Assembly: GCF_036321535.1 (NCBI RefSeq)
Contig: NC_087447.1
Span: 52,516,001-52,580,000 of the forward strand
Length of the DNA: 64,000 bases
Direction of reading: 5' to 3'
Origin: Camelus dromedarius
Lineage: Eukaryota
Part shown: in pieces, positions 51,751 to 64,000 of the stretch
Layout of the letters: each line of letters starts with the position of its first letter
How positions within the stretch are numbered: position 1 is the stretch's first letter
The notes under the pieces: model-generated
What the model was told of the DNA's origin: nothing
The model's input: the letters and a program-made list of their open reading frames with translations, nothing else
The model's database searches: none
Made by a program: the position numbers and the translations under genes

Positions 51751-53689
51751 TGCTAGACTCCAGCCAGGCACGCCTTAGAGCTTCTGTGTGACCCATGTCA
51801 CTGTTGGGACGAAAGCTCCGTTCCAATTCCTGATACTTATTTCCACGTGAAGGGAGCCCCATTACTCACAAGTAGTGGAGGTAGTTAAACTGGTGGTAAA
51901 CCAAGGAGGAAGGAGAAACTGAGCACACTCAGTTGAGCTCCATTCTTCTTCCACTTGGCAGCTGGCAACAATTTTTGCTACTCCTCCAGGGGCTGGCTCT
52001 TCCTCTGCCCCCACCCAGCACTGCTCGTGACCAGGTGGGTCAGTCTGCCTAATCCTGGATCCAATTATCAAGTCTATTTGGCTCTCATGCCAAGCCAGGT
52101 TACTCATTATCAGTAATAAACATGATATTTTGGCTTCCATCTGCCACCCTCTGTTTATTTCTTAATTTGTTCAGAGCTCAGATGGAAAGCGAGGTGCTAT
52201 TTATTCGGCTCCCCAAAGACCTCAAATATCCCTTGAGAAATAAGAGAAACCAGTTGCATAAAGCCTGGAACGGAGCCCCTGGCAAACCAAGGGTATAACA
52301 ATCTGGGCCTCGAGAACGAAAAGCTGTGATACTGCAGTTGCTGGCTGAGCAGGGATCATGTGGGCTCACAGTGAAAACTGAAGCACAAATTTAGCAGCAG
52401 CATTTAGCCCAGAAGAACGTCTTCAGGAATGAATCATGAAGGGAATATTGTCATTTGTGCAAAGAGACAGAGGGTTATAAGGGAAAAGGTGGCTAGAGAT
52501 TCTCATTTATGTTTAGGCAAACAGATGGCCATTTTGAAAAACAGAAAGCCCAAACAAAAGCATCATTTATTCCAGGAGCTAAGAGATTCTTCTACTGACA
52601 TCTCATCTGAAACCCATCTCTTATGCTTTTTAACCCCCTGGAGAATTCATAAATAGCACTTCTTAAAATAAAAGCAAAACAGTTTTCCTAAGGATGCAAG
52701 TTACATAAGACTATTTTGGTTCCTCCCCGCCTCCCACCTTGTCCTCCCTTCGTCTGTTCTTTGCCCAGATGCTGCTGAAAACCTTCATCACTTCACTGGG
52801 AGCGGCCTGCAAGAGGTGGCAAACGTGAGACCTAGTTCATGACGCTCTCAGGGGAGAGATTCACTGACTCGTATGTCTCTCCGCCTCACATACCTCACAG
52901 CAGGCAAAAGACTAAGTGGAAATTTTTTATTTCCTTCCTCACCATCTTGAATTTCTTTTTCTTCACTCCACCCTTCCCTCAGTCTTCAGACCCCAGTTTG
53001 AAAATAAAAGATTGATGTCCCTGCTTATGTCTAGAGCTATGCCAGCCGGATGTCTCGGGGAGGCTGTCCAGAGACTTTCTGCCCTCACCTGCTTGCTTGG
53101 TGCCCTGCGAGGCCACTTCAACCTGGAGCAATGGGCTCCCTCTGGCTGTCAGCTGGGTTTGGCCAGTGGCAGCCCTGGCTGGACATCGAGGTTGGGGACG
53201 GAATGAGGTTAGGGTATTTATCTTCTGGCAACCTGCCTGCTGGGCTGTGGGTGGGCAGTAGCTGTGTTCCTGTGTGGGAGGGCACAGCTCTTTGCGGGCA
53301 GCTCTTTGCTAGAGCTGCAATACAGCTCCCACTGCCTCTGGGTTCTGGGACCTCTTCCCTCCGCCGGCCCACTCAGGATATGTGTGGTCACAGCTCCCAG
53401 CTGGTGACAGCTCCCAGGTGCTTCACCAGTCTGTGTGGTTGCCTCCAATCCCGCCACACTTTAAAACAGTCCCTTCCCCACCCTCTCCTAAACTGCCCTT
53501 TAAAACAAATGCCATTGTTTCTTGCCAGGACCCCAAGTGATACACAATAGCTCTATGTCAATATCTGTGTCTGTCTTTACTTGACTCCAGATCAACTCTA
53601 CTTCTTGCTTCCCTATCCTTATCAAACTTCATGAACAAATGCCCCAGAAGGTTTGAATGTAGAAGGGTTTCCTTGACTGTCTAAACTGC

Positions 53690-54330
53690 ACTTAATTTTT
53701 GGAGGTCAGTTTGTCAAAATATACCAAAAATCTGTAAAAATGTTGAACTCCAAAAATTCAGGTATTTGGATTGTTCTAAAAAGTATCCCCAGGGATCCTT
53801 GGATTTGTATAAAGATGTTTTGAGGGTGATATTAAAAATATCTAAGGATTTGTATGGGCACCCCTAGTTGAAACAGGGCAGACTGTACCATTGTATCAGT
53901 GCCAACTGGCTGAATAGCAGCTCTGGGCACTCACTGCAATAGTGAGTACAGGAGTGGAAAAAAAAGAATTATAAATAACTCTAGTATTCCATGTGATGAA
54001 ATACTATGCAGCCTTACAAAATGATCATGTAGCTGACCAGTTAATGACATGGAAAGTTGTATATACATTGTTACATGAAAAAAAGCAGATCACAAAATTC
54101 AATATGGAGTATAGTCTTCATTCAGAAATTAAATTAACTAATTCAGAAAGAAATTAAAAAGATGAAGTGTGTGTGTGTGTTTACACAGCAGAGGGAGCAG
54201 CAGTGTTTATTTCAATGTGGTAGGGTAATAGATATTTTGTTTTTTCTTCCATTTGCTCATTTGTAGTTTCTAAATACTCAAGAATAAATAAGTATAATTT
54301 TTTAAATGAGAAAATATGACAATAAATCTT
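53690..54330 (+). mobile_element. L1ME-like 3' end, degenerate
   Basis: tgatgaaatactatgcagcc...aatgacatggaaag...gtggtagggtaatagatatttt. Confidence 0.65.
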
Positions 54331-55569
54331 TTTTTTTTAAAGTTACACAGCCCAGTTTTAGAGGCAGCCTAAAATTTTGGTTAGGAGTCTCTGATTATAA
54401 ACTGTTTGCTGAATACACTGCTAATAGGATCAATCATTTAACTGATGGCCTCTGGTCTCATTAGAAGTGCTTGGCGTTTCAAAACAGTGATCGCCAACCC
54501 TCAGGCGATCGTATACTATATACCGCTAGCTCCAGCTCTGTGCAATGGCTACTGACTCTCTGCCAAGAAAACGATGTGTCGTCCCAAGTCAAGACTGTTG
54601 CCTGAATTCTTGGCAGCCATTTTCAGCTGTTTTCTCCCCTGAACACTTAATATATTCCTAGCAGATTGACTACATGTTATTAATAACTATATAGGCTGTC
54701 AATCAACACATCTTCTGAGAGAAAGTTTCCAAGCCAGTTGTATAAAAAACCCAATTAAAAAAAAAGATTTAAAAGACATTCTTTCTCAACAGTACTTTTA
54801 ATTATTTGACACCTAATTATTTACTCCTTCATTTTTACTCTGCCTCCTTCTCCAAGGAAGCTAATTAGCCAACATGAAGCCGCATGCATATTCATGTGTG
54901 TGGAGACAAGTTTCTATGTATGCATGTAGATGTAGGAGTTAGTATATGCAGTATAGCGTATATATTTAGTAGTAACGGCATAGTATTCATACACAGAAAC
55001 ACAATCACATACTTTTTATTCACCCAAGATGGGAAGGCAGGGCCAAAGGAAGCTTCTAGCATCTATCAGAACGGAGAAAGAAGTGGGAATCTGCTGAGGC
55101 CCCTTTGGTTCCCTGCCAGAGATGTCATCGCCTTTCACCTTGACCCTGCTACGGCCTCTGCTACCGGATTCTCTGCTCTGGTTCTCACCCTTCCCTGCTA
55201 ACCCTCACACCCCTGCCAGGCTCATCTTCATAATAAGCAGACATAGTCATGCCATCCACCTGCTTCCGGCCCTCAGATGGTTGCCCACAGCCTAGAACAG
55301 TTGTTTTTAATTGTTTAAATACTTTTTTTTTTAGCAGTGGGACTCCCCCCACCCCAAAATGAAATTTACATTAGAACTCAAGTATATGGACAGGTACAAG
55401 ATGAATTGCTCTAACTAAAGTAAGAGTGAGGGGCTGCAGCCCCCTTGGGCTACCACAGTTTCCAGATCTAGTGTACCCATTGTCTTACACATAGTTAATT
55501 TAGTGCTAATCTCTAGTGGCCATGGTCTAGTAAACTGTTTTTCTTTTCTTTTTTTCCCCTTCCTTTTCT

Positions 55570-56830
55570 TTCGAATGTTCAGTGAGCACGTACAGGTAGT
55601 GCTCCCGGCTCAGAGCACTGAATGGACAAAGCCTCCATTTCAGAGTGTTAGAGTCAGAGAACAAGTATATGACATGTTAGGTTATGGTAAATCTTGAATA
55701 CAAATAGAGGGAAACAAGGAAAGAGATTTGTGGGAGCGGTCTGTTTCATACAGTTAGGTCAGGGAAGGCCTCTTTAGTAAGGTGATACTGGGCAGAGACC
55801 TGAAGGAAGCGAGGCGGCAAGCCCTGCAGGCACCTGGGGGGATTAAGTTCCAGCAAGGGCAGGGGGCTGTGGAGGAGGGTACCTGGCGTGTTGCTGGGGC
55901 AGCAAGGAGGCGGGTGTGGCTGGACTGGGATCAGCCAGGGAGAGAGAGATGAGAGTGGGGCCTCAGGGTGGGATGCTGCTGTGACAGATGTGTAGAGCCC
56001 TGTGGGATATTTTCCTCTGAGATGGGGGATCTTTGGAAGGTTTTAAGCAGAAGAGGGACAGGAACAGATTGAAGGGGAGCAAAGAGGAAGCAGGAAGACC
56101 AGATAGGAGGCTACTGTGAGAATCCAGGTGAGGGTGTGAAGGTGATGGGAAGTGGCCCCATTTTTCACAGTTTGAGGGTAGAGCTAATAATATTTGCTGA
56201 TGCATTGGATGTGGGACATACGGCATGAGAGAAAAAGAGGAGACAAAAACAAAATAAAACAAAACAAAACAAACTCTCAGGAAATTAGCCTGAGCAAAGC
56301 AAGGAGTGGAGCTGCCGGGGGGAGAACAGGTTGGTTGGTGATGGGGAGGGAGGAGATCAGGGAATGGCTTGGGCATGTTAGGTTTGAGAAGAGCTATTGC
56401 CTGTTTGGGTGGATATATGCATTTGGAGTTCAGGACAGAGGTCCAGTCTGGGAGTGATCTACAGTTAGATTGATTTAAACCATAATACTGGATGCTATCT
56501 CCAAGGGAATGTAGAGGGGAAGGAGAGAGGTTCATGAACTGGGCTCTGGGCATCCCAGCATTCAGAGGTTTGAGATTCAGAGGAAGCAGTAAAAGAGACA
56601 GAAGAAGCAGTGGGTAGTGAGGTGAGACAGAACCAGGAAAGCATGGACTCCCTGAGTCCATGTGAAGGAAGGGCTCAAGGAGGAGTGGGATCAGCCAGGA
56701 AAAAATGGATGAGTGGTGCAGGGACTGAGCAATGATCACTGGATTTAGCAACATGGATACCTGGAGACCTTGACAAGAGAGGTTGGAAGGGAGGTGGGGG
56801 AGAACGTCTGACTGGAGCTGCTCAAGGGCA
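55570..56830 (-). mobile_element. L2(a) long 3' fragment
   Basis: gtcagggaaggcctctttagtaaggtga...ttggaaggttttaagcagaagaggga...atttggagttcagg...ggatttagcaacatgga. Confidence 0.88.
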
Positions 56831-57392
56831 AATAATACCTCTCATTCATTTCTGTATCCCCCACGCCCCTCCTCAACTCGGGGTCCAGCACAGCACCTGG
56901 CACACAGCAGGCAATAAGATCTAGTGATGGATGAGCCATTTCCCCCCATAAAGTCACTAATCTTTCATATGTCCTTGTTCATGGACCCTAACAATTTCAC
57001 AGAAAAGACCTAGTCTTTTCATATGTGTCTGTATCTGGACCAGGTGAAGGGGTTAGAGAAAAGTAAGAACGAAAATCAAATAGAAATACATCTCTTCTTT
57101 TCAAAGTCTCAGCAAGGGCTGCCCTTGTTTACACAGGACTCCATGTGCTCCCTACATAATCAGGCTGGTGAAAGGAAGTCAGTGTCTTTGCTCACTTACA
57201 TCTGGGAAAATGTTTAGTTTTAACAACAACAGTTATGATGATTAGGATAAAATACATTTTAGAAGGAACTATCATATGCCTCACCTCACTGTTCCTCTTT
57301 ACCAATCACCTCACAATATTTGCCAGTGCTGCTGGCTTCAGAGTCCTCTAAAGGAAACTTGGATGTAAATAGCAAGGCAAGTTGTCTTAGAT

Positions 57393-57589
57393 CAGAGGTC
57401 TGCAAACTGTGGTCAGTACCTGTTCTTGTAAATAAAGTTTTATTGGAACACAGCCATGCCCATGTGTTAACATATTGTCTCCAGCTGCTTTTATGCTGCA
57501 CAGGAGAGTTGAGTAGTTGCATCAGAGGCTGCGCAAAGTTGAAAACATTTACTATTTAGGCCTTTGCAGTAAAAGTTGGCCAATCCCTG
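57393..57589 (+). mobile_element. MER58A hAT-Charlie MITE
   Basis: gtaaataaagttttattggaacacagccatgcccat; TIRs cagaggtctgcaaac / gttggccaatccctg; TSD tcttagat/tcttagac (57385-57392, 57590-57597). Confidence 0.9.
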
Positions 57590-57904
57590 TCTTAGACAAG
57601 CTAAACCAGAGGCCCTCAAAACAAAGTGCTCAAGCAATCCACTGGAACTTCGGAAGAAAATATCTGAACATCTCTCTCTCTCCCTCTTCCTCTTTTTAAT
57701 TTCAAGGGGGCATTAGAGTGTCTTAATGTTTAGTACATGGATTAAGAATGAATTGTGGATATAATTTATAAATAAAGATGAAAATGCTGAGAATGCATGG
57801 CCAAAACCCATTTACTCTTAGGGACAGATGATGAAAAATGTTTGACAGTCAAGCAGGGGATATGAGAGGGGGCTTGACATATAGTAGATACTCAGAATGA
57901 TTTG

Positions 57905-58650
57905 GAATAATATTAGTGAACATTTACTGAACCTCTAGCCTGTTCCAGAGCAGTGCTGAGGGCTTTATATGCATTATCTCATATAATTCATGCAACTCTC
58001 TGATGAGTTCAGTATTATAACCTGGTCCCATTTTACAGATAAAGAGACTGAGGCTGAAAGAGATTAAGTGTCTCATGGGCACAGTGAGAAAACAGTAGCT
58101 TTAGGAGCTGAATCAGAATCTCCGACATCAAAGGCTAAGGTCCGAACTTGTGGATGTGGTGCAGGTTCAATGGTGCCAGCTTGTGTAAATATATTTAGGT
58201 ATAGGCTGATCATTAACCAAAGAGCATAGACAGGGAAAACACTGATCTTGCTGTTCAAGTTTCATTACCATGGTTCTAAAAATGCATTTTGGTTAAAAAA
58301 AAAATGCACCCTGCACCCTACACTCTCACATGTCTGAGTGTGGAGCTACCAAAATAGGAATGTGGCCATAGGGTAGATAATCAAAGCCTGAAATCAGACA
58401 CGGGTCTCCTCACAGGAACCTCATGGAACATACAAACTGTTTATCCTAAAGACTGAAGAAGCATCATGGTACAGTGGCTAGAACATTAGCTAAGCAATCA
58501 GGCAGAACTGGATCTTGCTTGATAGGAGCCAGCAGTATTTCCCTGATCAGCAACTTTAATCTCTCGAAGCATCAGGTTTCTTATTTGTTAAGTGAGAATA
58601 ATAATGCATGCTTCACGAGTTTGCAGGCCTGTAGGAGCACTTAATAACTA
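57905..58650. mobile_element. MIR SINEs (- ~57905-58130; + ~58455-58650)
   Basis: cccattttacagataaagagactgaggctg; gtttcttatttgttaagtgagaataataat. Confidence 0.8.
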
Positions 58651-58755
58651 GAAGCTGGGGTGGTTAGTCATGGCTATGCTTCATTTTGTTTTTGTTTTCA
58701 GTAATTTGTATTGTCCTAATATTTTCGTAACAATTCAGATAAAAATAAGTAAGAC

Positions 58756-61545
58756 GAATAGAAAATCTGAATACACCTATTATTAAAGAAATTGAATCAA
58801 TATTTAATGACTTTCCAAAACAGAAAGCACCAGGCCCAGATGAGCTCATGGGTAAATTCCAAACATTTAAGTAAGAAATTCTACCAGTTCTCTACAATCT
58901 CTTCCAGAAGATAGAAGCAGAAGGAATACTTCCTGACTCATTCTATGAGGACAGAGTTACCCTAATGCCAAAACCAGACAAAGACATCATAAGAAAAACA
59001 AAACAAAACAAAACACAGTACAATTTTCTCATGAATATAGACGTAAAAATCCCCACCATAATATTAGTAAATTGAATCTAACAATGTATAAAAAGAATTA
59101 TACACCACAAATAAAAGGGATTTACCCCAGGTATGCAAGGCCAGTTAAACATTCAAAAACCAGTGAAGGTAGTAACACATCACATCAACAGGCTGAAGAG
59201 GAAAAAAAATCACACGATCAGGTCAATACATACAGAAAAGCATTTGACAAAATCAACACAAACTCATGATAAAAACACTCAGCAAACTAGGAATAGGGAG
59301 GAAATTTCTTAACTTGGTGAAGAACACCTACAAAAATCCTACAACTAACACCACACTTAATGATGAGAAACTTGCTTTTCTGTTAAGATCGGGAACAAGA
59401 TAAGGAAGGCCTAGCTAATGCAAGAAGACAAGAAAAGGAAATAAAAAGCATACAGATTGGGAAGAAGTAAGACTGTCTTTGTTTGCAGATGGCATTATTG
59501 TCTCTGTAGAAAATCCAAAAGAACTGACACCAAAACCCTGAAACTAATCAGCATCAAGCTTTCAAGACACAAGGTTACTGTTCAAAAGTCAGTCTGCTTT
59601 CTTATACACTAGCAGGAAACAGGTGGAATCTGAAATTAAAAACACATTACCATTTACATTTGCACCCCTGAAAATAAAATACTTTGGTACAAATGGAAAA
59701 AAATGTATAAGAGTTATATGAGAAGAACTACACAACTGATGAAAGATATTAAAGAAAAACTAAATAAATGGAGAACGATTCCATATTCATGGATAGGAAG
59801 ACTCAACATTGTCAAGATGTCAGTTCTTCCCAATTTGATCAACAGATTCAACACAATCCCTATCAAAATACCAGCAAGTTATTTTGCCAATATTGGCCAA
59901 CTGATTCTAAAGTGGAGGAGCAAAAGACCTAGAATAGCCAACTCAGTATTGAAGGAGAATGACAAAGTTGGAGGACGTTAAGTTTACCTTAAAGCTACAG
60001 CAATTGAGACAGTGTGGTATTGGTGAAAGAAGAGTCAAATGGATCAACAGAACAGACTAGAGATCCCAGAAATAGGCATAAATATAGTCAACTGACCTCT
60101 GACAAAGGAGAAAAGGAATACGATGGAGCAAAGATAGTCTTTTCTCAAAGATGCTGGAACAAGCGGACATCCACGTGCAAAAAAATAAATCTAGACAAAG
60201 AGTTTGCACCCTTCACAAAAGCTAACTCAAAATAGACCACAGACCTACATATAAAATGCAAAACTATAAAACTCCTAGACGATAGCACAGGAGAACATCT
60301 AGGTGACCTTGGGTTTGGTGATGACTCTTTAGATACAACTCCAAAGGTACAATCCATGAAAGAAAAAACTGATAAAGTGAACTTCATTAAAATGAAACAC
60401 TTCTGTTTTGTGAAATATAATGTCAAAAGAAGGAGTAAGACAAGAAACACACTGGGAGAAAATCATTGTGAAAGACACACCTGATAGAGGATGGGTATCC
60501 AAAATATTACAATGAATTCTTAAAACTCAACAATAGGAAAATAAACAACCCAATTTAAAACTGGGCCAAAGACCGGAACAGATATTTCTCAAAAAATGTA
60601 TATATAGATGGGAGGTTAGCATATGAAAAGATGTTCAACATATGTTATTGGGAAATTGCAAATGAGACAAAAGATACCGCTAGGCATCTATTAGAATGGC
60701 CAATATTCAGAACACTGACAACACCAAACGCTAGCGAGGATGTGGAGCAACAGGAGCTCTCATTCATCGCTGGTGGGGATGCAAGATGGTACAGCCACTT
60801 CGGAGGACAGTTTAGAGTTTTCCTACAAAACCAAATATACTTTACTATAAAATTCAGCAATTGTGCTCTGTGCTATTTATCAAAATGACTAAAAAACTTA
60901 TGTCCGTCCACACAAAAACCTGCACAAGGATGTTTATGGCAGCTTTATTTGTAATTGCCAAAATTTCACAGCAACCAAGATATCCTTCAGTAAGTGAATG
61001 GGTAAATTGTTGTTGTATATGTAGACAATGGATTGTTATTCAGGGTTTCAAAAAAAAAAAAAAAAAGAGCTATCAAGCCATGAAAAGAAATGGAAGAAAC
61101 TTAAATGTATATTACTAAATGAAAGAAGCTAACCTGAGAAGGCTAAATACTGTATGATTCCTACCATATGACATTCTGCAAAAGGCAAAACTTTGGAGAT
61201 GATAAAAAGATGAGTGGTTGCCAGGAGTTGGGGGAAGGGAGGCAAAACACGGTAGATTTATAGGACAGTGAATTTGTTCTGTTTGATGTTATAATTGTCA
61301 TTACATTGTCATAACATGTCATTATACATTTGTCAAAACCTATAGATGTACAATATTAAGCGAATCCTAATGTAAGCTATGGACATTGAATGATAAAGAT
61401 GTGTCAATGTAAGGTCATTTATTGTAACAAATGTACCACTGTGGTGGGAGATGCAGTCAGTATATGGGAACTCTATACGTTCTGCTCAATTTTGCTGTGA
61501 ATCTAAAACTGCTCTAAAAATAAAGTTTATTAATCAGAAAAAGAA
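58756..61545 (+). mobile_element. 5'-truncated L1MC1-like LINE-1 (decayed ORF2 RT/C-terminal region plus 3'UTR)
   Basis: ORF2 peptides such as IPYSWIGRLNIVKMSVLPNLINRFNTIPIKIP; L1MC1-type end ctgctcaattttgctgtgaatctaaaactgctctaaaaataaag. Confidence 0.9.
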
Positions 61546-61574
61546 GAAATCAAGGAAGTAAACAAATAAACCTC

Positions 61575-62069
61575 CACACTTAATACTCATTAAGATAGCT
61601 TCTATCAAACCCAGAAAATAACTAGTATTGACAAGAGTGTAGAGAAACTGGAACTCCTTGTGCATTGCCGGTGGAAGTGTTAAATGGTGCAGGCACTGTG
61701 GGAAATGGTAAGGTAGTTCCTCAAAAACCTAAAAATTGAATTACCATATGATTCAGTAATTCCATTTTTGTGTATGAATCCCAAAGAATCAACTGACATA
61801 CAATTCCACTGATATGGGTACCAGACTCATCATATTCAGAGACAGAAAGTAGTATGGGGGTTGCCAGGGGCTGTGGAAATGGCAAAAGGGGGAGTTACTG
61901 TTTAACAGGTGCATAGTTTCAGTTTGGAAGATGAAAAGAGTTCTATAGATGGATGGCTGATAGCTGCACAACCATGTGAATGTACTTGATACTGTAGAAC
62001 TGTGCTCTTAAAAATGGCTAAAATGGTGAATTTTCTCTTAGGCATATTTTACCACAATTCAAAAAGTTT
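61575..62069 (+). mobile_element. L1MB-like 3' end with an internal deletion
   Basis: gagaaactggaac...aaatggtgcagg...gtttcagtttggaagatgaaaagagttct...atattttaccacaat. Confidence 0.85.
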
Positions 62070-62709
62070 TAAAAATAAGTAAGACTCTTACTATCTCATT
62101 CTAAGGTATGACAGATTGAGCTTATGTCATATTCTAGACAAGCCAATCTATACATTTCTTTGAAATGAAAAAAAATCCTTTAAAAATGCATGAAAAAAAA
62201 ATCAGAGTTCTTTACTTCTTGGCCCATGACTTGAAAAGTGACAGAATAGAAGTTAATGGCGTCACACCTGAGGCAGTGCCCAGTAATCTAAGCGGGTCCA
62301 GTTTAACTGGCCAGCCAGTTTTCATGCTGCACCACAAGGAACTGGCCTGGTGCCGTATGACTCTTGGTACCAGAAAGAGAAAATCAGTGTGGGTTTTCCA
62401 CAGAAAGCCTGCTCGTCATGAGTACTGGCGTACACCATTTGACTTTCATGTGTTTGGCCCATGGGAAAGTAAAGACCGAGATAGAACTGCCCACAGTTTG
62501 GGGCCGAATTGTCCATGCTCATCCCCAAATTCTTTAACCTGATGGAATAAAGCAGCCCTAAGAAAAAGTGCACTGGCTTAGAAAACAGTAATAGCAACAG
62601 AACATCAACGCTGCAGAGAACCTTCCCTTTTTTCAAAATTCCTCCTCATACAGTTTCACAATATCTCCAGAAACAGCCACCACCACCAACGAGGTGACAT
62701 TTGCAACAG

Positions 62710-63390
62710 TGATGATGATGATAACAACGCAGTTACCAGGCTGGAGGGCCTTTTCTGTGCCAGAGACCGAAAGAGGGACTCTACATGTAGAAGACTTAAT
62801 TTCATTGCCCCAATCTCTTTCCAAGCAAACGTTCTTTTCTCACTTTTAAAAATGAAAACACCGGGTCTCAGAGAAATGAGGTGGTGTGGCCTAGGTAAGT
62901 GGCAAAGCTAGGATTTGAATCCAGCTCTAACTGCAAAAACTATATTCTCTCTTCTATATCATACTGCCTTAAGTAATAACCTCACGTCTTGTGTGAATTA
63001 CTATCATCTTGCCAAGATGCATGCCTGTAGTTGGCTAAGCTGGTGATAGCCTCAGTCTCTAGGCTGCTGGTTGTGGCTCAGAGGGGAGGCGCTCTGGGTA
63101 ACAGAGTGGAGACAGGAACCTGTGGGACTGCTTGCCCTGAGCGCCCCACCCCCACCCCTCCCAGCCATCTGCAAAAACTTGTAATAATAATTGCATCTAT
63201 TCATCGAGCAACTGCTGTAACAGGTACCATCGAGGTGGTTTTGCATGTTTTATCTCTAATCTTTATAGCAATTCCATAAGCTGGTATGTTACCCTCATTT
63301 TACAGATGAGGCTGGGAACAGTAAATGACATGCCAAAGCAAGACAGCTAGTCAGGGGGGAGTTTTCCTCTTCATATTGTACTGCCTCATG
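62710..63390 (-). mobile_element. Two MIR SINEs (~62710-62970, ~63180-63390)
   Basis: ctcagagaaatgagg...aagtggcaaagctaggatttgaatccag; ctcattttacagatgagg. Confidence 0.75.
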
Positions 63391-64000
63391 GCCGGAGCCC
63401 AGACCCAGTTTCCACGTCAGAGAAAAGCTGAGGGTGGTGAGGTTATCAATTAGGTGACTATTCATGAGGTGAGCAATCTGGGAAAATCAACCACTGGAGG
63501 GTGGGGTGGGACAAGGAGGGTAGAGAGACCCTTACCACCTCAGAAATTCAAAAGAAATTGCCTAAAGTCGTAAGAGCTATGAAAAAATATTTGGGTTTTG
63601 TTCCTGGAATAAACAGCTTTGAATCTATACTTGAACACACTGAGAGGATTGATTCACCCGCATCTGATGTATATTATTAAGCACACAGGTCTCATTCATT
63701 GCCTCTGAAACAGCCCCGTGGAGCCTGATTCTCCAGCCATTAGCTTTGGTGAAAGATTCTCTTCAGACCATGTATTTACATGGCAGGTGATGTTATGGGA
63801 AGGATTTTTTTAAACCAAACTCTCACAGGAGAGTGGCATAGTTACATGAAATTTTTAAATACGTTTCCCAGCTCTAGCGCCCCTACCCCTACACATCCTT
63901 CCCTCCCCTTCCTATTCTGGAAGTTCAGCTCTTACACACAGAGCTCTAATGATCCGATAATGCATTTGAGTTAATACACCCTGGCTCTTGAACTCCAGGG

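Noticed and set aside
52741..52830. + strand pyrimidine tract and cag followed by ATG
   Set aside because: The donors are weak and the peptide is short and unrecognised. Such sites are common by chance.
55963..56754. 263-aa - strand ORF
   Set aside because: It lies wholly within a decayed L2, has biased L/P/S composition and shows no recognisable intact domain.
1..64000. CRISPR array, operon or other novel multi-gene system
   Set aside because: I saw no regularly spaced repeat-spacer array, no long non-TE ORFs and no foreign-composition segment. The window reads as mammalian intronic or intergenic DNA throughout.

Overview
This is 64 kb of eutherian non-coding DNA. It is most likely from a camelid (alpaca, llama or camel). 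Two Vic-1-type tRNA-derived SINEs are present, and I saw no Alu, B1/B2, Bov-A/tA, PRE-1 or Can-SINE. I recognise no host protein-coding gene, rRNA, tRNA or CRISPR array. The only protein-like ORFs are LINE-1 ORF2 remnants; the rest of the ORF track looks like chance ORFs. The window is a dense fossil record of transposable elements: many MIR and L2 fragments, old and young L1s, about ten solo LTRs (MaLR, ERVL, ERV1), hAT and Tigger MITEs and microsatellites. Several insertions are nested and have readable target-site duplications (TSDs). Points worth a second look are: a composite of two different L1 3' ends inside one perfect 16-bp TSD; a strong + strand bias of LTRs, which suggests an intron of a - strand gene, with two candidate - strand exons; an intact solo LTR I could not assign; CpG-rich patches in ancient repeats; and repeat-free enhancer-like islands. 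I found no evidence for a novel multi-gene system. Repeat family names come from my recall of consensus sequences, not from a search. Boundaries without a quoted TSD or TIR are approximate.
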